From the IMG/VR virus record IMGVR_UViG_3300044731_001157: DNA of 20,000 nt. One strand, 5' to 3'. Shown one piece after another: positions 16,397 to 20,000 of the stretch; position 1 is the stretch's first letter; every line of letters begins with the position of its first letter. A program made the translations under genes and the position numbers. Under the pieces are notes generated by a model. The model saw nothing but the letters and a program-made list of their open reading frames with translations. It did not search any database and was not told the DNA's origin. This stretch comes from an uncultured virus (IMG/VR IMGVR_UViG_3300044731_001157). Its lineage: Duplodnaviria > Heunggongvirae > Uroviricota > Caudoviricetes.

Positions 16397-16476
16397 AATT
16401 TGTTATTTTTAGTGTTTAATTAATGTTTTGGTTTATTTTTACGCAACATGCACAAAGCCTGATAACGTTATTCGTT
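16337..16476 (+). repeat. attC-like site 4
   Basis: ATCGCATAAC-AC-AGGTTTTGTGCTATTGC ... GCAACATGCACAAAGCCT-GATAAC-GTTATT. Confidence 0.85.
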
Positions 16477-16713
16477 TTTTTGAATTAAAACATAATCAAC
16501 AAAATTACAAGTATTTCCGTTTCTGTCAAGTGTAGTTTTAGGAACTGATTGTATATCCATACCTCTATTTCTTAAATTGTAAATAATAGCAGAAAGTCTT
16601 GTAGCTCCGTATAGTTCAATAGCTGTCCAAGAATTAATAAATCCTTTTTGATACAAGTGTTTTTTTACTTGACTTGTTTTTGTAACCATGTGGTTTTCTT
16701 GTGAATTTTCCAT
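16468..16713 (-). CDS. winged helix-turn-helix phage protein (HTH_39-like)
   Basis: HLYQKGFINSWTAIELYGATRLSAIIYNLRNRGMDI signature. Confidence 0.8.
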   Translation of the reverse strand: MENSQENHMVTKTSQVKKHLYQKGFINSWTAIELYGATRLSAIIYNLRNRGMDIQSVPKTTLDRNGNTCNFVDYVLIQKNE

Positions 16714-16734
16714 TTTTTTTAGTTTTAAAAGTTA

Positions 16735-16926
16735 TTAATTCAATCTTAATAGTGCATCCGACATTTCTTGGTCGTTAGTGTAATTAACTGACTTGATATG
16801 GTACGCCATCCAATGAAGAAAAGCCATAGATTTATCTTCTTGATTTTTTTTCCAATTTTCTGGAATATAAACACTTTGTACGTTAAGAGTTTCCTCTGAT
16901 AGCTGTAATTGATTTTCAGTTGACAT
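16735..16926 (-). CDS. hypothetical protein
   Basis: 63-aa ORF directly downstream of promoter copy B. Confidence 0.65.
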   Translation of the reverse strand: MSTENQLQLSEETLNVQSVYIPENWKKNQEDKSMAFLHWMAYHIKSVNYTNDQEMSDALLRLN

Positions 16927-16937
16927 GATTGATTATG

Positions 16938-16984
16938 TTTTAAAGTTCATACCAAAATTACAAAAGTATTTTGGTTCTACAAAA
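16938..16984 (-). promoter_or_regulatory. repeated early promoter, copy B
   Basis: Minus strand TTTG-19 nt (TAGAACCAAAA...)-TAATTTTG, then GAACTTTAAAA; full Bacteroidota -33/-7 consensus. Confidence 0.85.
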
Positions 16985-17003
16985 TAGATTAGTTAATTTT
17001 TTG

Positions 17004-17366
17004 TTAATCTTTTGATATTAACCTCTTTAATGGTATTGAAACGTAACTGTTTCCATCATATTTTCCCTTATAAATATTACTATTTCCAGCTATTTCCCAA
17101 CCTTCTTCTTGCTTTTCTTGTAGCCTTGCGTTTATGTACCCACTATTGTAATCAATTACCATAAACTCATACTCTTTTTTGTTGGTTTCTTTTGGAATTT
17201 GTAAGTTGTTGTTAATCGTTAGGTTAATTGTAAAAACCTTTGTCAATAAAAATATTACTAATGCACAATGCAAACCAAACATTAAATTTAAAAAATCCCC
17301 ATACCAATTAAAAGCAGAAGCTATGTTTAATACTAATGCTCCATATAACCATAAATTATATTTCAT
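17004..17366 (-). CDS. protein with two N-terminal TM segments and a small C-terminal domain (DUF4177/DUF1737-like)
   Basis: Hydrophobic N-terminus; KEYEFMVI...LQEKQEEGWEIAG...IPLKR. Confidence 0.55.
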   Translation of the reverse strand: MKYNLWLYGALVLNIASAFNWYGDFLNLMFGLHCALVIFLLTKVFTINLTINNNLQIPKETNKKEYEFMVIDYNSGYINARLQEKQEEGWEIAGNSNIYKGKYDGNSYVSIPLKRLISKD

Positions 17367-17367
17367 T

Positions 17368-17799
17368 TTATTTGTCTTTTAAAAGTTCTGGATTCTCGTA
17401 AATATTTCCTTCTACAAATGTTTTTTTTATCCAATATCCTAAATCGTGTCTAAAGATATTGTTATTAAATTCATCTTGAAATTCTAAATAAAATCCAATG
17501 TGATTAGCGTGTCTATCATCTGTTGAATTAGAATAAGAGCCAAAATTGACAACTCCTTTAATGTCCTCGTTAAAATGATAAGGCATTACATCCCCTTCGT
17601 AAATTTCATTACCATTTTTATCAGTCAATCCAGTAAACTGCATAGCCACAAAAGACTTGTCGGCAAATAAGTCGTTAATTGGTGCATGGTCAGAAAAACA
17701 AAACCTATCTCCGTAAAGCATTTCGTTTTCACATTCGTCTTTTTCCTCGTTAAGTTCTCCAAACTTACCCCAGAATCTAAATTTAATTTGTCTATCCAT
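17368..17799 (-). CDS. YopX-family phage protein
   Basis: RQIKFRFW...MQFTGLTDKNGNEIYEGDV...VEGNIYENPELL. Confidence 0.93.
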   Translation of the reverse strand: MDRQIKFRFWGKFGELNEEKDECENEMLYGDRFCFSDHAPINDLFADKSFVAMQFTGLTDKNGNEIYEGDVMPYHFNEDIKGVVNFGSYSNSTDDRHANHIGFYLEFQDEFNNNIFRHDLGYWIKKTFVEGNIYENPELLKDK

Positions 17800-18197
17800 T
17801 ATTTATTTTTATTAAGGTTATCAATTGCAGACTTAATTTCGTGATAGTTAGCGTTAAGTCTATTTGCGTTAATCATTACTAAAATAGCTCTTGGTATGGC
17901 TATTAGGTTGTCTAAATTGTCATTATACCTATCTTTATCTAAATGATATAATATCCATCCTTTAGGTATTTCTCCATAGGCATCTTCATAAACCTTTCTT
18001 GGTCGCCTTACCCTCTTATTTGTGTCGGAAAACAAATAAACACAATCGCTTTTAAATATTTGCTCTCCGCCTTTCCAACTTGGGTGGTTGCTACCAGTAA
18101 ATTGACCTTTTTTAAATTCTGTTTTTGGACTTAAATGAATACCTTTTAATCCTTTGTTCCAAACAGTATGTCCTTTCTCGAATTTATTTCTTGGCAT
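17799..18197 (-). CDS. HNH endonuclease with NUMOD-like N-terminal repeats
   Basis: KFEKGHTVWNKG / TEFKKG, NHPSWKGG, GEIPKGWILYHLDKDRYNDNLDNLIAI. Confidence 0.8.
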   Translation of the reverse strand: MPRNKFEKGHTVWNKGLKGIHLSPKTEFKKGQFTGSNHPSWKGGEQIFKSDCVYLFSDTNKRVRRPRKVYEDAYGEIPKGWILYHLDKDRYNDNLDNLIAIPRAILVMINANRLNANYHEIKSAIDNLNKNK

Positions 18198-18312
18198 TGT
18201 TAATAGCTTTAATTAGAAAAGAAATTATAGGAATAATAATTTCAGATAAAATTGGAACTACAATAAAGCATAGAATCAGAGCTATACCAAAACCATAAGA
18301 ATTTGTTTCCAT
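18184..18312 (-). CDS. 42-aa hydrophobic membrane peptide
   Basis: METNSYGFGIALILCFIVVPILSEIIIPIISFLIKAINNAKK; below the track cutoff; exactly fills the gap between its neighbours. Confidence 0.65.
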   Translation of the reverse strand: METNSYGFGIALILCFIVVPILSEIIIPIISFLIKAINNAKK

Positions 18313-18313
18313 T

Positions 18314-18559
18314 TTAATTAGTTTTAAAATAATCGCTAAATTCAACTAATCTTAATCCACTCTCTTTTTGATAAGCAGAGCTACCAATACTTCCAGTAGA
18401 AAAATGAGAATCTTCATCAGCAAATACTACTATTGCTGTTTCGTGTTCCGCCATTTGAGAAACCCATTCCATATAACAATATTCTATACCTATGAAATCA
18501 CGAGCTTTGTTATATTCGTTTTCGTTTCTAATAATAATTGATAATCCAATAAATTCCAT
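18314..18559 (-). CDS. hypothetical acidic protein, first gene of the early operon
   Basis: 81-aa ORF immediately downstream of promoter copy C. Confidence 0.7.
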   Translation of the reverse strand: MEFIGLSIIIRNENEYNKARDFIGIEYCYMEWVSQMAEHETAIVVFADEDSHFSTGSIGSSAYQKESGLRLVEFSDYFKTN

Positions 18560-18568
18560 TTTATTTAG

Positions 18569-18615
18569 TTTTAAAGTTCGGAGTAAAAGTAAGAATGTTT
18601 TTTGGTTCTACAAAA
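18569..18615 (-). promoter_or_regulatory. repeated early promoter, copy C
   Basis: Minus strand TTTG-19 nt (TAGAACCAAAA...)-TACTTTTA, then GAACTTTAAAA. Confidence 0.8.
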
Positions 18616-18638
18616 TGTTTTGTTGATTATTTTTAAAA

Positions 18639-19250
18639 CCCCCCAACCCTTCCCATCAAATCCCCTTTTCTCCCCCACCTCTCCCTTAAAAGTTCTTTGA
18701 AAGTCCCCCAACACTTCCCAAACAAGTTCCACATTTGTTTCCATTTCCGAAGATAAATCCTTGATTATCAGAATAAGAAAGTTCCAAACAATTCCCAAAC
18801 AAGTTCCAACTTTGTTCCAAACCGACCCAGCTCCGACCTACTACCGACCTACTTCCCACCTTCCATACGGTAATATTTTCAGTCTATACCCTTAAAAATA
18901 TGTTTTAATTTCAGTCTATACCCTTAAAATCAGCCTTTTCTACCTTACACCTACTCAAATCTACCTTAACCGAGAGAAACCCTTTAAAACAGCCTTATTT
19001 AAACCCATTTCTTTACCTTGCTTACCACATAACCCCACCGCCCAGATAGGAAACTTTTCATAACAAATACTATAACAAACCCACTTCAGACCGCCCAGAT
19101 AGGAAGATTTTCCTAACTATTCCCAACCGACCGCCCTACCACATAACCTTACTGACCTACCTCACTAACTACTGCACCAGCACCGCCCAGAGCAATCAAG
19201 GCATTTATTTCTTCATTACCCTTGCATAATTAAAATCAAGGCATTACATT
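18639..19250. repeat. C-rich non-coding region with several families of direct repeats (iteron-like)
   Basis: TTCCCAAACAAGTTCCA x2 (18715, 18792); CCGACCTACT x2 (18833, 18844); TTTCAGTCTATACCCTTAAAA x2 (18877, 18909); ACCGCCCAGATAGGAA x2 (19037, 19090); TACCACATAACC x2 (19023, 19137); AATCAAGGCATT x2 (19194, 19234). Confidence 0.85.
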
Positions 19251-19483
19251 TGCCATGCTGTTTATTTCAAAAGCAAGTGAGAGCCTATGATTTAATCAAG
19301 CTTTATTTTATATTGCCATATAGAATTTAAAGATTAATACAAAGCCACCCAGCATCAACAAATCTTCGGATTCCAAGTGTTTATAATGTTTTAAAGTTCA
19401 AGTTCAACAATTACTACACAAAGTCTGGGTGGCTTTTTTAAATTGGAGTTTCATTCTGGTTTTTTATTATTAATATCGAAAAT

Positions 19484-19507
19484 AGCCGTTTTATACGGCT
19501 TTTTTTG
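19484..19507 (+). terminator. intrinsic terminator-like hairpin
   Basis: AGCCGT-TTTAT-ACGGCT followed by a T run. Confidence 0.65.
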
Positions 19508-20000
19508 TACCCAACAATATCAGAATACCACAAAGACCACAAAAACACCGCAAATCAAAGAAAAATAGCCTTTTCAACCCATATACCATCATATCGAAAT
19601 ACAAATATCAATCTCAAAACACCTTTGACTTAAAATAAGGCGATTTAAGAGTGTTTTTTTGTATTGGGTATATACTTGTACCAAAATGATATAAAAAGTT
19701 AATCAGATTAAAAAAAAAGGGCGTTCTTGGGTATATATGTAATTATATTTAAAACTGCAAATGTGATATAGTTAGTAATAACATATAAAAACCAATACGA
19801 AACTGAAATGGTAAAAAAGGGTCGGAAGTGCATTGTGTTTTTTTTGTGTTGTTATAATCTTGAAATGAGGTTAAAAATTGAGTATAAAATTCTGCGTGTT
19901 TTTGTGTATGTTTTTGTGTGTGTTTTTTTTTGTTTTCGAGAGTATGTTTTTTGACAAAGAAATTCCACTCCGAAAAATATATGTTGTTATTTGGGGGGGG

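Larger units (their letters stand above)
14918..16476 (+). mobile_element. integron-like array of four gene cassettes (14919-15383, 15384-15877, 15878-16186, 16187-16467), no integrase in window
   Basis: Four TAAC...GTTA-bounded imperfect hairpins; each left box is the reverse complement of the preceding GTT box. Confidence 0.85.

Noticed and set aside
15255..16476. Hairpins as simple terminators or REP/MITE copies
   Set aside because: The loops are about 75 nt, there are no consistent U tracts, the sequences are divergent, no target duplications are seen, and the cross-gene box complementarity is not explained by these classes.
14081..17382. Plus-strand ORFs 14081-14266, 15576-15881, 16131-16412 and 17179-17382, and minus-strand 14852-15046 and 15236-15424
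   Set aside because: They overlap better-supported genes or att hairpins, have odd composition and lack plausible leaders.
18571..18798. Minus-strand 75-aa ORF
   Set aside because: Runs through the repeat/G-tract region and promoter C; probably a by-product of strand skew.
18700..19250. CRISPR array
   Set aside because: The repeats are pairs from different families with irregular spacing, not one repeat with unique spacers.
19993..20000. Terminal G8 as a protein-primed genome end
   Set aside because: It coincides with the window edge, so a true terminus cannot be distinguished from an arbitrary cut or a sequencing artefact.

Overview
AT-rich segment of a phage (or prophage) genome, most likely infecting a Bacteroidota/Flavobacterium-like host: A-rich leaders without Shine-Dalgarno sites, and TTTG-N19-TAnnTTTG promoters. 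Positions 1-8023 (+) are a tightly packed operon of small proteins, most with a single terminal transmembrane helix. They include an annexin-like repeat protein, a LEA_2/WHy protein, an LRAT-like NlpC/P60 enzyme and two paralogous spike-like proteins, which suggests the virion module of a tailless, lipid-containing virus (inference). Positions 8155-18559 (-) are an early/replication module: RecT-like annealase, Cas4/RecB-like nuclease, DNA methyltransferase, an unusually small family-B polymerase-like protein, HTH/RHH regulators, YopX and HNH. The most striking feature is an integron-like array at 14918-16476. It has four gene cassettes, each ending in a ~130-bp attC-like hairpin whose outer box pairs with the GTT box at the far end of its own cassette. 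The cargo genes appear inverted relative to canonical cassettes, two start inside the hairpin, and there is no integrase in the window. Positions 18620-20000 are non-coding, strand-skewed and rich in direct repeats (origin- or terminus-like). All protein family calls come from motif recognition by eye, not database searches.
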